Position numbers and translations under genes: made by a program. Shown one piece after another: positions 40,261 to 50,820 of a DNA stretch of 64,000 nucleotides (position 1 is the stretch's first letter; each line of letters begins with the position of its first letter). Source of the stretch: Perkinsela sp. CCAP 1560/9 (lineage: Eukaryota; Protista; Euglenozoa: Kinetoplastea); assembly GCA_965644495.1 (NCBI GenBank), contig CBFFSA010000006.1, positions 682,001 to 746,000 of the forward strand, written 5' to 3'. The notes beneath the pieces are model-generated. The model ran no database searches, was not told the DNA's origin, and saw only the letters and a list, made by a program, of their open reading frames with translations.

Positions 40261-42267
40261 ATGTCTGGTGGTGAGATTGATGAGGAATTTTCTGGTATAT
40301 TCGCGGGATCCACCTCGATGGCCAAACTTATACTCAAGTCCAGTTATGATGTACAAAAGGTAACGTCGAGTTGGCCGGATGGCAACAGTGTCCCGTATGC
40401 TTTCCTGTGCGATGCGTTTGCTGATGTTTCCAACGTCAGTGCCCGGCTGGAGTGTATACTTAGAATGGCTCACTGTTTTCATGCTATTTTACACCGCTCA
40501 CCCGACAGTCTACGAGAGGCAGTGTACCTGACGCTGAATAAGCTAGCACCTGACCAGGAAGGCTTGGAACTAGGTGTTGGTGATGCAATACTAACAAAGG
40601 CAGTGGCGGACGGGTGCTGTAGAACAGTGGCTTATATAAAAGAGCAATACCAGAAGACAGGCGACCTTGCCGAAGTAGCTCAAACGTCAAAGCAAGGTCA
40701 AAAAATGTTGATGCAGCCGAAACCTTTGACAGTGGCTCGCGTTTTTTCTTCACTCAAGTACATTGCAACGGCTTCTGGAAAAGATGCTCAAAAGCAACGA
40801 AGCGAGCGCATAACACTACTCTTGCGTGAGGCAAAAGGAGTTGAAGTTAATTTCATAGTCCGTGCTTTGCAGGGGAAAATGCGAATGGGACTTGCAGAGC
40901 TTTCTGTGCTTGTGGCCCTTTCCTATGCGTTTTTCTTTCACTTTTTCCCGGAATATACGTCGTTTGGGGCGGAGGCTCTTCAAGCGCGGCTCAATGCAGT
41001 GGCGGAAGGCTTGCGTCGTGCTTACCACGATGTTCCCTCTCTAGATGTGATTCTCCCTCGACTTTTACAAGAGGGATTGGCGGCTCTACAACCTGGTTCC
41101 ATATCCATAACTCCAGGCGTGGCCGTAAAACCAATGCTAGCACACCCAACAAATGGCATTAGCACCATTTTCGAGCGTTTAGAAGGTAAAGCGTTCACAT
41201 GCGAATACAAATATGATGGGGAAAGAGCTCAACTTCATTTTGTTCGGAACTCTGTGGATAATTCTCCCGTTATGCATATCTTCAGCCGCAATTTGGAAAA
41301 CAACACCTCGAAATATCCCGATATCATACAGCTTCTCCCAACCTGCGTCTCAAAAGAAGTTAACTCTTTTATAATAGACAGTGAGGTTGTTGCTGTAGAT
41401 GTTAAAACGGGAGATTTAAAAAGCTTTCAGGTCCTGCAGCATAGAGCGAGAAAGGACGTTAAGCAAAGTGACATAATTATACCCGTGTGTGTGTTTGCCT
41501 TTGATCTACTGTATCTCAACGGTGAACCTCTTCTACATCTTTCATTAGCAGAGAGACGTGAAAATTTGTTTGCTTCTAAATTGTTCGAAGAACATTTGCC
41601 TGAATTTCGTTTTGTGCAGCACGAAGATTGTCATACAACCGAAGCAGTTGAAACTTTCTTTCAAAAAGCGCTTGATGATGGATGTGAAGGTTTAATGATT
41701 AAGACTTTGACAAAGAACGCGGAATACGTCCCGAGCAAGCGCAGTCATTCTTGGTTAAAATTAAAGAAAGACTATTTAGAGGGCATGGTAGATACTATGG
41801 ATTTAATACCGATTGGTGCTTATTTCGGGAAGGGAAAGCGGGCAGGAGTTTTTGGTGGGTTCCTTTTGGCCTGTTATGACAAGGAAACCGAGCACATGCA
41901 GACTGCATGCAAATTGGGGACGGGATTTTCAGATACTGAATTGGAAAATTTAACGGAACAGCTAAAAGAATACGTCATCGATGTTCCTCGTCCATATTAC
42001 CAATATGACGAGAAGGACGAGCCAGATGCATGGGTAGCTGATCATATGGTTTGGGAAATTAAGGCAGCAGACCTTTCTATATCACCGCGACATTATGCTG
42101 CCTATGATAAAGTTGCTGACGGCAAAGGTATTGCTTTGCGCTTTCCTCGGTTTATTAAAGTGCGTGAAGACAAGGGACCTTCCGACGCTACTGATTCCGT
42201 ACAAATTGCCAGTATGTACAGAGCACAAAACCTAGCTATGGTGCGATCCCCCGCAGAGCCGGAATAG
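40261..42267 (+). CDS. LIG1: DNA ligase I
   Basis: ELGVGD, PMLAHPT, EYKYDGERAQ (adenylated Lys), EGLMIK, WLKLKKDYL and LRFPRF. Confidence 0.96.
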   Translation: MSGGEIDEEFSGIFAGSTSMAKLILKSSYDVQKVTSSWPDGNSVPYAFLCDAFADVSNVSARLECILRMAHCFHAILHRSPDSLREAVYLTLNKLAPDQEGLELGVGDAILTKAVADGCCRTVAYIKEQYQKTGDLAEVAQTSKQGQKMLMQPKPLTVARVFSSLKYIATASGKDAQKQRSERITLLLREAKGVEVNFIVRALQGKMRMGLAELSVLVALSYAFFFHFFPEYTSFGAEALQARLNAVAEGLRRAYHDVPSLDVILPRLLQEGLAALQPGSISITPGVAVKPMLAHPTNGISTIFERLEGKAFTCEYKYDGERAQLHFVRNSVDNSPVMHIFSRNLENNTSKYPDIIQLLPTCVSKEVNSFIIDSEVVAVDVKTGDLKSFQVLQHRARKDVKQSDIIIPVCVFAFDLLYLNGEPLLHLSLAERRENLFASKLFEEHLPEFRFVQHEDCHTTEAVETFFQKALDDGCEGLMIKTLTKNAEYVPSKRSHSWLKLKKDYLEGMVDTMDLIPIGAYFGKGKRAGVFGGFLLACYDKETEHMQTACKLGTGFSDTELENLTEQLKEYVIDVPRPYYQYDEKDEPDAWVADHMVWEIKAADLSISPRHYAAYDKVADGKGIALRFPRFIKVREDKGPSDATDSVQIASMYRAQNLAMVRSPAEPE

Positions 42268-42297
42268 GGGCAAGAATATAAGTATATAAGAAAGTAG

Positions 42298-43572
42298 GGG
42301 CAATGGGAACTTATATTGTACCCAAAATTTGGGTTTTTCATTTTTTTTGTATTTTGTCGCATCTTTTTGCTAATGTTTATTTTTTGGCTCTGTACATCTA
42401 TCCTACATATTTTTGTCCAATATGTGCTCGTGTTCCGATCTTCGGTGCATTCTCCGATGGAAGCATGATGGAGATATCCCTGATAATTTTGTGTCTTTCC
42501 TGGTATCTCATGGAATAATGCGACAAGATAAATGCCCTACACATAAATTGCCTGGCACTCCTCACAAGTCGAATCCCTCATTGTCCATTTGCTGGCGCAG
42601 AAATTGTGGTGCTAAATGCAGGAAACGCCTTACTAGGCTCGCACCTTTTTTTTCTTCGAAACAAAAAAAGCCTGAAATGAAATTCATGCTTTGGATCAAA
42701 CTTTGTCAACGGGTCGAAATGGCAATTCTGGCCTCACAGTGTAAGGTAGCCCGACGTACTGTTTTCAAATGGAAAAAACAACTTCTGCTATGGATTCATA
42801 AGGCCGTACTGAAACGCAACGAGGAAATCAAGTTCTCTAGGTGCGCAGTTGATGAAACCTATCTCTTTCCACGGAAGTATCATCGGAGATGCCGAGTGAG
42901 AAAAAGATCTTTTTACATATTACTGGGACAATTACCCAGCTACAATTACTGGGATCTAAAGAGATGGTAGTTGTGGCCGTACTATACGGAAGAGCGTTGA
43001 AAAAAGGGACAGGACTACTTGATAAAATTTTGTGAAAAAGCACACAGTGGACAGCTACCGCACGATCTTAAACACAGATGCTTGGCGGGCGTACCGTGGA
43101 TTAAATGCCGTAAGAGATCATCGAGTCGTGAACCATAGCACAAAAGGTAAATATCGTTTTGTTACAAAAGAGGGAATACATACAAACAATGCCGAGCCGT
43201 GCCACTCTTCTGTAAAGAGGGGAATACGAAAGCAAGGAAGACTCTCAATGCATCCGCATAAGGCTGATGAAATTGTTGCATTGCACACGCTGTTTTTTAA
43301 GAACGCAAACTGGCAAGAACGCTTCCGCGCTCTTTTGTTGGCTCTGAAGTCCGTAAAAGATGAAGTGGAAAGGGAAGAAGTAGAAAGGGACCAAGACAAC
43401 GACAATGAAGAGACAGAAGATGACTCTGAATAAGAGAGTGAAGATTGGGGTGTGATTCAAGGTTTGTTGATTTGATTTGAATGCTAAGATAGACGAAAAG
43501 GGGGTAAAAAGTGGAAAAAGTGGAAAAAGCAGTAAAAAAATCATATGGGTACAATATAAGTAGTCTGTAGCC
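42298..43572 (+). mobile_element. Merlin/IS1595-superfamily DNA transposon (defective)
   Basis: GG...CC termini with shared core acttatattgtaccca/tgggtacaatataagt; 8-bp flanking duplication gaaagtag (42290-7)/gaaagtgg (43573-80); encloses transposase remnants. Confidence 0.85.
42413..43433 (+). pseudogene. ISXO2-like (DDE_Tnp_IS1595) transposase, frameshifted
   Basis: Zn-ribbon/HTH then AVDETY..RKYHR (42413-42970); TDAWRAY, VNHS and HTNNAE in another frame (43032-43433). Confidence 0.88.
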
Positions 43573-43780
43573 GAAAGTGGCATATTCTTGTTGCCAGTGA
43601 AGCACAAAATCGATAATGTTATTACGAACACGATGAATGAATAACGTCATCTTGTAACTCAAAATAACAATGATCAGCTAAAAACAGCTAAAATTTTCAA
43701 CAATTCAGTGTACTTTACTCCTTGTACTTTAGTGTGCTTTACTCAGTGTATTTTACTCATTATACGTTTCGGTATCCTTA

Positions 43781-44620
43781 ATGCTCTACTATGATCCAAG
43801 AAAGCCTTCGCACTACGAAGAGAAGCTTCAATATCAAGAACAAAGCTCTCCGTTCCTAATAACTGATGACGTGTTGCAAACACAACTCAACACTCCGGAA
43901 AACGCTTACAGACGTCGCTTAGAGCTTACTCGGGTGGTAAACCCAAACAGCAAGGCTCTTGAACGTGCTGAACTAGAACTGGCCAAGGAACGTTCCCTGC
44001 TACGCACCGTACACGGGAGCAATCGTCATAACATCGGGGCTCGTTTGCTATCTAAAATGGGATTCTCTGGTGAGGGTGGACTTGGAAAGCGTGGAGAAGG
44101 CATCAGTACTCCCCTTGTTCACAAACTTTGGGAAGGATGTGGCCACCAAGATAACGCTCGTGGTCTTGGTGCAAAGTCGGGTCATATGGCGAATCAAGAA
44201 GGCGTTCCTACTAAGAAGACTCTCAGAGGGCACACACTAATTAGTACTGCTCCAGAGTCGCAGCAAGTGCAAAATCTTTATCGCACGTTGAAGAAAAGTC
44301 CCAGTAGGATTCTTAGTATAGCAGGTGTACTGCATCGTTCAGGTGGCCAAGATGTACATGAAGTAGTACTGCGCACTGAAATAGAAAAGGAGTTTTTAAA
44401 GTACGGAAAACTAGAATCTATTTCTTTTATTAGTAATCAGAACGCGGAACTAGATACCCCAGGCGATGAAATTTTTCTTTTTATTGAGTACTTGAATATG
44501 AGTAGTGCCATAAAGGCTGCGGAAGCCTTGGAAGGTAAGCTAATCCTGGGCAAGAAGCCACACCTCACATTTTATGATGAAAATTTATACAATAGAAGAG
44601 AGTTTAACATCCTTAAATAA
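43781..44620 (+). CDS. SPF45: SPF45/RBM17-like splicing factor (G-patch + UHM)
   Basis: YDPRKPSHYE, G-patch IGARLLSKMGF..GGLGKRGEGISTPL, UHM EIEKEFLKYG...LFIEY...A..ALEG...FYDE. Confidence 0.82.
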   Translation: MLYYDPRKPSHYEEKLQYQEQSSPFLITDDVLQTQLNTPENAYRRRLELTRVVNPNSKALERAELELAKERSLLRTVHGSNRHNIGARLLSKMGFSGEGGLGKRGEGISTPLVHKLWEGCGHQDNARGLGAKSGHMANQEGVPTKKTLRGHTLISTAPESQQVQNLYRTLKKSPSRILSIAGVLHRSGGQDVHEVVLRTEIEKEFLKYGKLESISFISNQNAELDTPGDEIFLFIEYLNMSSAIKAAEALEGKLILGKKPHLTFYDENLYNRREFNILK

Positions 44621-44736
44621 TTGTTTACCTAAATTAAAGTCCTCTCCTAAGTATGTGTTGGGTGTTGATCACTAAATGAAATAAAAAACTAAATACTCAC
44701 AATAGATTATTTTATTTTTTTCATTAACAACAAAGA

Positions 44737-45315
44737 ATGGCGACGGTTGAGGTTTTGCCTGATGAATTAGATCAGGTACACATTAATGAAGGATCTGCTT
44801 CGGAAGACGAAGTTCCGGAACTAGAAGAAATACACGTGGATCAAAACACTGCAGGATCGCCTGAGCGCAACGTTAAACAAAACCGAAGCCAACGTCGATA
44901 TGCTAAAGTTATGGGAAAAATGGGGATGAAACCGGAAGGTGGAATTACTCGAGTAACCATTCGTAAAGCGAAAAACATTACATTTGCCATTTCACAACCC
45001 GAAGTTTACAAGTATCCCGGAACAGACGCCTACATCGTTTTTGGTGAGGCTGCCATAGAGGATCGCCTTCATGATGCACAAAAGGCGGCCGTGCGACAAT
45101 TCACCCAGGCCGCCGGCATGGGCATGCACGGCAGCCCCACCGATGGTCTGCCGGTTGAGGAAGAGGAGGATGGCGACATCAGCGCCGAAGGCATAGATGA
45201 GAAGGATATTGAGCTCGTAATGGCGCAAGCTGCTGTGACTCGAAACAAATCCATTCGAGCGCTTCGTGCTAACGACGGTGACATTGTAAACACTATCATG
45301 TCGCTTACAATGTAG
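44737..45315 (+). CDS. NACA: Nascent polypeptide-associated complex alpha subunit
   Basis: KQNRSQRRYAK, TRVTIRK, PEVYK..TDAYIVFGEA; UBA-like DIELVMAQA...DIVNTIMSLT. Confidence 0.95.
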   Translation: MATVEVLPDELDQVHINEGSASEDEVPELEEIHVDQNTAGSPERNVKQNRSQRRYAKVMGKMGMKPEGGITRVTIRKAKNITFAISQPEVYKYPGTDAYIVFGEAAIEDRLHDAQKAAVRQFTQAAGMGMHGSPTDGLPVEEEEDGDISAEGIDEKDIELVMAQAAVTRNKSIRALRANDGDIVNTIMSLTM

Positions 45316-45738
45316 CGCTTCAAGCATTTTTTTGTTATTTCGGTCTACAGGATTTCTCAAGCTTTCAAATCATTAGTTTGCCAATATTTTCTCATCCTAA
45401 ATTTCCATTATTAACAAGATATTAACCAAATTATTTATGGGCGTGACAATATTGTAATTATGGAAATAACATATTTTCTCTACTGTATATCGATTATGCA
45501 TGTGGTACACGCAGCCCCGTCCATTTCTCAGAGGCTTCTAATATAGAATATAGGCTTCTAGTATAGAATATTTCGACGTGCAAGCGTTCTCTCAATAAAT
45601 TATACTCGCGTTAACCAATTCCTTGGCTCTAGTGATTCTGAGGAATCTCTATTTTAGAGTCCTCCACAGCAAACATAACGCAAAATATATTTTTATCTTT
45701 TTTGGGACAACGTTTACCATTTCCATAAAGTGCTAATC

Positions 45739-46962
45739 ATGCCTGAAAGTACATTCATGTGTATTGACACCTCAGAGTACTCCCGCAACAGTGATCACGA
45801 CAATAGCAGCCGGCTGGATGGCGTTATCGATGCAGCAAATCTTCTTTCTGGGGCGAAATTACATTCGAATCCTGAAAACACAATTGGGTTTCTAACTATG
45901 GGAGGTGAGCACTGCGAGGTTCGTGAATCGCTCACTAATGATGTGGATCGCATGCTAGCATCCCTGTCACGCGTTTCTACTTCAGGATTACTTCACCTTG
46001 TCGAGGGATTGCGAATCGGTTGTCTTGCGTTGGCGCATCGAGGAGGAACGCGTCGAAGCAAAAGGTTGGTGGTCTTTGTGTGCTCTCCAGTGTCGATTCA
46101 GGAAGATCTCGTAATGCGTTTAGGAAAAAAGCTGCGGAAGGAGGAAATTGCACTTGATCTTGTAAATATAGGGAACGAGAACAATATTTCTTTACTTTCT
46201 AATCTTGTACAACACGTCTCAAAGGAGAATAATAGTCACTTTTTGCACGTTCCTGCTCCTGAAAATATTTCAGGAAGCTTTACAAATTCAGAAGTTTTCC
46301 CACTTAGCGGGGGTGCTTCTATGCAAATTGACGAAAGTATCGGTGGTGTAGATCCTAACGTAGATCCAGAACTGGCCATGGTTTTGCGTATGTCGGCAGA
46401 GGAAGAGCGCAAGAGACAAGACAATTTACTACAGTGTAAGAGCGAGAAAGGAGAACCTTCGAAAGAGACTAATTATGTCGCAGAGCAAGAATCGAATTTA
46501 TCTTATTCTCGCGTGGATAGCTCTTCGCCGCCTTTTGTTCCCACGACGGAAGACGAGGACTTAGAACTTGCACTCCAACTTTCTCGTGAGCTTGAGGCCC
46601 TTCGCAGCTCTTCAGAAAATAATGAATCAGGTAATAGCAAACAGGCAGAATCTTCTGAAAAGGACTTCATGGAAGTCGATACGGCCAATAACGACGAAAG
46701 CAACGTTCTACATGGAGCTTTAAGCACTCCAGACAATGTTGAGCGCACGAAAACAACTTCCAATTTAGAATGTCTTTCACTAAAGCATGAAATGAAAGAG
46801 GTGGAAAAAAATGACTCTAAGAAGCAATCGCCTTTTGAAGCAGACAAACTTTTTGACGAAATAGTATCAGAAGAAGGCTTTTTGTCCGCAGCAGCGCAGG
46901 CAGCCGGTATTAACTTATCCACGGACAGTAAGGCGGAGAACACTGAAAACCCCTCACAATAG
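45739..46962 (+). CDS. RPN10: 26S proteasome ubiquitin receptor Rpn10/S5a
   Basis: vWA domain (ESTFMCIDTSEYSRN; NPENTIG; RLVVFVCSP); GVDPNVDPELAMVLRMS UIM and a second UIM EDEDLELALQLS. Confidence 0.93.
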   Translation: MPESTFMCIDTSEYSRNSDHDNSSRLDGVIDAANLLSGAKLHSNPENTIGFLTMGGEHCEVRESLTNDVDRMLASLSRVSTSGLLHLVEGLRIGCLALAHRGGTRRSKRLVVFVCSPVSIQEDLVMRLGKKLRKEEIALDLVNIGNENNISLLSNLVQHVSKENNSHFLHVPAPENISGSFTNSEVFPLSGGASMQIDESIGGVDPNVDPELAMVLRMSAEEERKRQDNLLQCKSEKGEPSKETNYVAEQESNLSYSRVDSSSPPFVPTTEDEDLELALQLSRELEALRSSSENNESGNSKQAESSEKDFMEVDTANNDESNVLHGALSTPDNVERTKTTSNLECLSLKHEMKEVEKNDSKKQSPFEADKLFDEIVSEEGFLSAAAQAAGINLSTDSKAENTENPSQ

Positions 46963-47321
46963 GATACGAAAACATGCTGAAAGTTGCGCAATATACTTGA
47001 ATGCTTCACCTATATTGTATTTGTCCTATATCATTTTTATCGTAATTGCTTTTTTGCGGAGTATATTATTAGCCTTAAATATACATTGTACCTTAAATTG
47101 TAAGGTATAATATTGAATATTTTACTCTCAAAAGGGGGCATTTTACTTCATATTCTTAGAAGTCTTTTAAGTAGGAACAGTTGCAAGGCAGAATAAAAAA
47201 GGATAAAAAGTGTAGCAATTGAAAGAAGGCAATTAAATTCATCCTTAATTTTGACATCTTCCAAAGATACTACTATTGATTGTTGAAATATTTATATCGC
47301 ATGCCTTGATTGGCTGCCAAA

Positions 47322-50300
47322 ATGTGTGGGTGGCAAGATCTAGTTAAGACGTACAAGGAATACGTTTTAAGCAGTCTAACTCCAGGAGAAATTAGGCCAA
47401 ATATTTCGCTCAATGAATGGCGAGAAAAATGGGATAGCGAACCTGACAATCTTGTTCGAAGCAAGATAACAATACAAACGGCCCATGCCACTTTGAATAA
47501 ATATTTGGAACTTTCGCAATTTTATCATTCTGAATCCGATAAGTTTTTGGAATATCAACTCCTGATATTGAAGGCTCTACATACGATCATCGTCGAAGAA
47601 GGAGAGCAATCTCCAAGCAAAAAATGTCAGATACAATCCTTGCTCAATTATTTAAGAACAATGGGTTTGAAAACCGAAGAACCTCGACACGAGAACGTAG
47701 GAGACGAAGGGATAAAAACTGACTTTCCAGAGCAACATTCAACAAATCGGAACACCGCTGTTCTTCCAGCCAAAGGCAGTGCCTTTCAAAGTCTGCATAT
47801 TCAAGATAAATCTCCAAAGAATTCCACTGAGGCTCTAGAACTTATTGACATTCTTCAACAACATATTAGGCGAATGCGTAGATTGGTCTCCACAGAGAAT
47901 TCGAAACAGAAGTCTCCGAATAAATCATTGGGTACGTATACAGCAAAACCTTCCGAAGCGAATGTTGATACGAACAGGTCGGTCGACACAAACGATATGA
48001 AGACCTTAGTAAAGAAAACAAAAGTTTACAACCAGAGCAGCACTATACGTCACGAAACGGGCCGAACAGATACCTCTTTAAGGAAGACCCCTAAAAGTTC
48101 CGGACCGTTAGACATTTTTGTCAAAACGCGAAGGTGTCCATCTGATACGGAAAATCAACAAGCGCTATTGCTTAACGAAGTGAGAAGAATGGTTGTAGAA
48201 GCCTGCGTACTAGCCTCCGAATCCAAAGATGTACCATACCTTATCAGGGAAATTCGACAACTGGTAGGAGATGAGCTTATTCCTCCTCCACAATTCGAAG
48301 AAGCTCTCTTACGTCTCGAAGGGTATAAAAACGAAAACGTTGTAGCGGTAGTTCCATTTGATTCTACAAATAATGAAGGAATTACGGAGGAATTTAATGA
48401 GATATCTCCTGATACCCAAGACAAGGGCACTCCGCTTCAAGAAAGTAAAGTCTCTCCACATTCGGAGAGGCTAGAAACTGGCGATGCATACACGTCTGAA
48501 GAATTCTACCGAACGCGAACGACTCATGATTCTCAAAAAACGGCACAGGAAAGAGAAGAAGAAACACTGGAAATGCGTGAAAAAAGTGCAGCAGGTACCG
48601 AATTTGAATATGAACCACTGAAGGGTGTTTTAGAAGACAACACGACAACTTCAGCTCAAGAACCAGCTATTATCAATGATCCATTTAATCCGTTAGACGC
48701 GGGGACTGATTTGCCGAATTTTCTTCGACAATTTATGCACTCTATCATCAGCTTAATAAATGATTTAGAGGGCTTTTCAAGTCCAAGTTTGGCTGAAGCT
48801 AAAACATTATCTTTTCGGCGATACGAAAGAATATCATACTGCATGGAAGTTAAGAGACAAGCGGACCAAGAGGCGCTACGTAAGAAGAAGCAGGATGATA
48901 GAGATCGTATGCTTGCGATAAGAGAAAGAAACCGTCGACTAGCTCGTGGTCCAATCGAGGACCTAAAGGTAAAAGACTTAAAACCCCTTCCCGCTATACT
49001 ATACTTAGAGAGTGAACTTGGTATTGCACGCAAGTATTTTAGTGATGTGGTAACTACGTGGGTTTTGCTTCATAGCGCCCCTACGATGTTTCGAATGTCT
49101 CGCATGAGTCTGAATCTGTTTCTTCAGGCACTACAGGAAGACAAGGAGACTCTTTTGATGGAACATACTTTTCGAGGCCTTCTAGAGGTCATAGGATACG
49201 ACGGAGCTACCCCTACAAGTGGTATGTTAACCAGAAGTGCTTCCTCAGGAAAAACCTGGACAATGGACGTCATTGATTATCTTGCTCAAGATATAGGAAT
49301 TGAAAAACGATCTCGACCCCAGAAAAAAAGGGAGCTTTTAAATGAATCCGAGTCTAGTTCTGATTCAGAATCAAGCTCAGAAGGGGGGGGTGAAGAAATT
49401 ATTGTGTGCGATAATTGCGATGACGTGATTCCGAGTTCCAATGTGATTGCCGAATGTTGCGCTTGTCAGAAAACTTTTCATTTGAAATGCGTTGGCTTAC
49501 GTCGAGGTCCAGGGCGAGGATGGAGGTGTTCAGAGTGCCCTGCCCCGTCCGAAAGTAGCGACAGTAGCGAAGAAAGTAGTAGCGCTGACACCGAAGGTTC
49601 AATCGAGAGGCACGAAAAGAAAGATGAAGGAGAAAGCGATTATGAAGGTACTGATGATGAAGCAGAGGTCACGAATATGGTAAAAGATGCTCGCGCACTG
49701 GGAAATTATCTCACTTGGGCCAATCTATCTCTCCCTACTCGAGTTTCGTTGCTTCGGGCTCTTACTCGTCGGGCTCTTCTGAGTGACAAATTAAATCAAT
49801 TTTTTGCTGAAGCATCTATCACACTTGCACGCGAGAATCGCGAAGTATCTCGTGAGGAAGATGCCACAAAGAGATTTGAGCTACAACACAAGTTTTGGCT
49901 CATGTCCGAACGCACCGATAACGGACGTAGCATTCTTCGGTCATTGGGTTCAGATCGATACAAACGACTTTACTGGCGCTTTCCTATGGATAGGAGACTC
50001 TTCGTCCAGACTACCACGCAATCCCTTCCTGTTCCCCCGGAAGCACAGTTTGTTCAGAAAAAGTCCAATGTTCTATTTGATGAGGATATGGACACTGATC
50101 GAGGTTTAACTAAAGATATGGATGCTACACCTAAAGAGTGGGGAACTCTATCTTGGGCTTACTTCGATGCGCTTACAGATTCACTGTCACAATTTGGCCT
50201 TCGTGAGTCAGGTTTAAAAAAGAACCTGGATTCTCTTCGCACACATGTGGAAAAAGAATATAAGAATATTTTAGATCCAGAAATTGACACCATTCGCATT

Positions 50301-50348
50301 ACGCGTAGTCGCACCACCGGTGGAGGGTACATAAATCGTCTGAGATGA
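47322..50348 (+). CDS. ACF1/BAZ-like chromatin-remodelling subunit (DDT, PHD, WHIM1-3)
   Basis: DDT-like FSDVVTTWVLLH...SLNLFLQAL; PHD CDNC...CCACQKTFHLKC...WRCSEC; WHIM1 WANLSLPTRVSLLRAL; WHIM2 LGSDRYKRLYWRF; WHIM3 WG...GLRESGLK. Confidence 0.75.
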   Translation: MCGWQDLVKTYKEYVLSSLTPGEIRPNISLNEWREKWDSEPDNLVRSKITIQTAHATLNKYLELSQFYHSESDKFLEYQLLILKALHTIIVEEGEQSPSKKCQIQSLLNYLRTMGLKTEEPRHENVGDEGIKTDFPEQHSTNRNTAVLPAKGSAFQSLHIQDKSPKNSTEALELIDILQQHIRRMRRLVSTENSKQKSPNKSLGTYTAKPSEANVDTNRSVDTNDMKTLVKKTKVYNQSSTIRHETGRTDTSLRKTPKSSGPLDIFVKTRRCPSDTENQQALLLNEVRRMVVEACVLASESKDVPYLIREIRQLVGDELIPPPQFEEALLRLEGYKNENVVAVVPFDSTNNEGITEEFNEISPDTQDKGTPLQESKVSPHSERLETGDAYTSEEFYRTRTTHDSQKTAQEREEETLEMREKSAAGTEFEYEPLKGVLEDNTTTSAQEPAIINDPFNPLDAGTDLPNFLRQFMHSIISLINDLEGFSSPSLAEAKTLSFRRYERISYCMEVKRQADQEALRKKKQDDRDRMLAIRERNRRLARGPIEDLKVKDLKPLPAILYLESELGIARKYFSDVVTTWVLLHSAPTMFRMSRMSLNLFLQALQEDKETLLMEHTFRGLLEVIGYDGATPTSGMLTRSASSGKTWTMDVIDYLAQDIGIEKRSRPQKKRELLNESESSSDSESSSEGGGEEIIVCDNCDDVIPSSNVIAECCACQKTFHLKCVGLRRGPGRGWRCSECPAPSESSDSSEESSSADTEGSIERHEKKDEGESDYEGTDDEAEVTNMVKDARALGNYLTWANLSLPTRVSLLRALTRRALLSDKLNQFFAEASITLARENREVSREEDATKRFELQHKFWLMSERTDNGRSILRSLGSDRYKRLYWRFPMDRRLFVQTTTQSLPVPPEAQFVQKKSNVLFDEDMDTDRGLTKDMDATPKEWGTLSWAYFDALTDSLSQFGLRESGLKKNLDSLRTHVEKEYKNILDPEIDTIRITRSRTTGGGYINRLR

Positions 50349-50540
50349 TCAAAGCACTTCACGATTTTAAGATGTGTGGTAGTTACATGTAAATCTTTTT
50401 CTCGGACGTTACAATATAACGTGGTTCGGTTATAACTAAGTTCGATATTGATAAACTGGGTGCGACTGTTTCGCATTCCTACCTTTCTGATGGGCTTCAC
50501 TAGCGCTAATAGTAGTAGTGCAGTATTAATTGTTACACAG

Positions 50541-50599
50541 TATTAATGAGGGGCTGCGGGCAGTGGGTTCGGTGATGCACACCCGCAGCCCCTCTAATA
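50541..50599. repeat. GC-rich hairpin in AT-rich spacer
   Basis: gaggggctgcggg (50548-60) / cccgcagcccctc (50582-94), perfect 13-bp stem. Confidence 0.8.
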
Positions 50600-50820
50600 T
50601 TGAACCAGCCATTTTTCACAGTGATACATGATTGCAATATACTTTTTATATTGCTCTATTTTTATAATGCGCTGTTACGCGCAGTGCCATTTGTTTTCAT
50701 AGTAAAATAGTAATTTATAATACACTAAAAGCGCATTAGAAAAAGCAGGTATTTCGGTTTTTAATTGCTTTTCTAAACGAATCAGCTTTATTTTTCCTCA
50801 TTGTTCCTCTCTACGCCCAA

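Noticed and set aside
39977-40363. 128-aa hydrophobic ORF overlapping the LIG1 start
   Set aside because: TTG start, derived from pyrimidine-rich upstream sequence, and overlaps LIG1 out of frame.
33229-45570. Short tandem duplications (33229 12-bp, 39479 16-bp, 45532 20-bp; also 29060 and 52980)
   Set aside because: Two-copy slippage-type duplications with no further structure.
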